In this document: in pieces, positions 62,951 through 64,000 of the stretch | Position numbering within the stretch: position 1 is the stretch's first letter | Layout of the letters: each line of letters starts with the position of its first letter | Source of the DNA: Hypanus sabinus | Lineage: Eukaryota | Assembly: GCF_030144855.1 (NCBI RefSeq) | Contig: NC_082709.1 | Location: 155,682,001-155,746,000 of the forward strand | Direction: 5' to 3' | DNA: 64,000 bases | Made by a program: the position numbers and the translations under genes | The notes under the pieces: model-generated | Told to the model about the DNA's origin: nothing | Database searches by the model: none | The model's input: the letters and a program-made list of their open reading frames with translations, nothing else

Positions 62951-64000
62951 AGTCCCTAAAAAAGCAGCCGCTGATGGTATATGTCACCATATATTACCCT
63001 GAGATTCATTTCCTTGCAAAATGTGTGCAGAAGCAACCACCCTACATCTACGAGTTTAGGTCATACGTAATTTCCCCATTCAGTGTGAATGGTCAAATTG
63101 TAAACCAAATGTATACTTGGCCAGTGTGGTGGTCAAGAAAATCAGTGCAGCAGAGTCCACCTTTCTTTATAAACATATTTTCCTCAACCTCTCCTTGAAT
63201 TGCTATGAATGTAAATTCTGATATCACACTAACAATGTCATTACATTTGAGTAAAGGTGCAGATTTGTCCTGAATGAGAAACTGCCTACAACTATCTGGC
63301 TCTGAACAATATTACTCTTCTCCTTAGGGAGTGCTTTGGTATCAAAGACCATTTGCTTCTGCTTTAGCTCTGTGGGTTCAGGAGTGATTGAAGGCCAATA
63401 TGGGAATTACTGACTCTGCCATAAATGGGGGAGGCGGTGCTTCACCGGGCAGGCAGGTAGGTAATTGGTGAGATGTACCACTTATGCAGCACTTCTGTGT
63501 ATTCCCAATGCACAGACTCGAGGTATTCAACAGCATTCTGAATGCAGGGTCTTCACTTTAAGCAGTCATGGGCCAGAGATTCCAAACTGTCAATGAGGAT
63601 GTGTTTTTTCCCTGAGGAAGATATGAGCATTTTTAAAAATCTTTTCCTCCATCTGCCTGGCAATATCTTCCTTTTGAAGACACTGGAACAGCGATGTTTG
63701 TTAGAGGCTGATGCCAAACATACAAATAATGAGTCCTATAGCCAAGTGAGTGTTACTAAAGTCTCAATAACCTAGTCACTTTAATGGCATTGTTGTTCTC
63801 AGTCATCACATTTCTAGTACCAGGTTTTACATAGGAGCCTTTCCTTTATCTAATATGAAAGCCTTTAAAGTATACCCGATAAAGCAGGCACTATCAATTC
63901 ATGTAGAATTTGAATAAAATGTTTCTTGAATGAACCAGAAGAGTTCTTTTACAAAACGGAAAATGAAAAGCTAAAGCTGGTCACAGCCATCTGCGACCGA

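Noticed and set aside
1-64000. CRISPR arrays, tRNA/rRNA genes, BBX promoter CpG island
   Set aside because: None seen; tRNA-like pieces are SINE heads, and the BBX promoter probably lies beyond the window.

Overview
Vertebrate genomic DNA. The repeat content (CR1/HER1-type LINEs, V-SINE/HE1-type SINEs, Penelope, Rex1, Tx1, Tc1, hAT, Tigger) points to an elasmobranch, probably a ray (inference). Two convergent genes can be built by hand from splice sites and reading frame. (1) + strand, 747-9738: a non-rearranging immunoglobulin-superfamily receptor with leader, germline-joined VJ domain, antibody-type C1 domain, Cys stalk, Arg-containing NKp30-like TM and a short tail (299 aa). Reading through the C1 splice donor instead gives an IgM/IgA-like secretory tailpiece (TGKNNVVLLLLNTPRRCK*) followed at once by AATAAA, which suggests an Ig-heavy-chain-style membrane/secreted switch (260 aa secreted precursor). 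This is the most interesting signal in the window. (2) - strand, 53816-25536: a complete 12-exon CDS of the HMG-box transcription factor BBX (about 775-787 aa), with a long TE-poor AT-rich region downstream that is probably 3'UTR. The rest is intronic or intergenic DNA filled with decayed transposons. Reference protein sequences and human synteny are quoted from memory and need database confirmation. Exon coordinates were counted by hand; repeat boundaries are approximate unless TIRs/TSDs are given.
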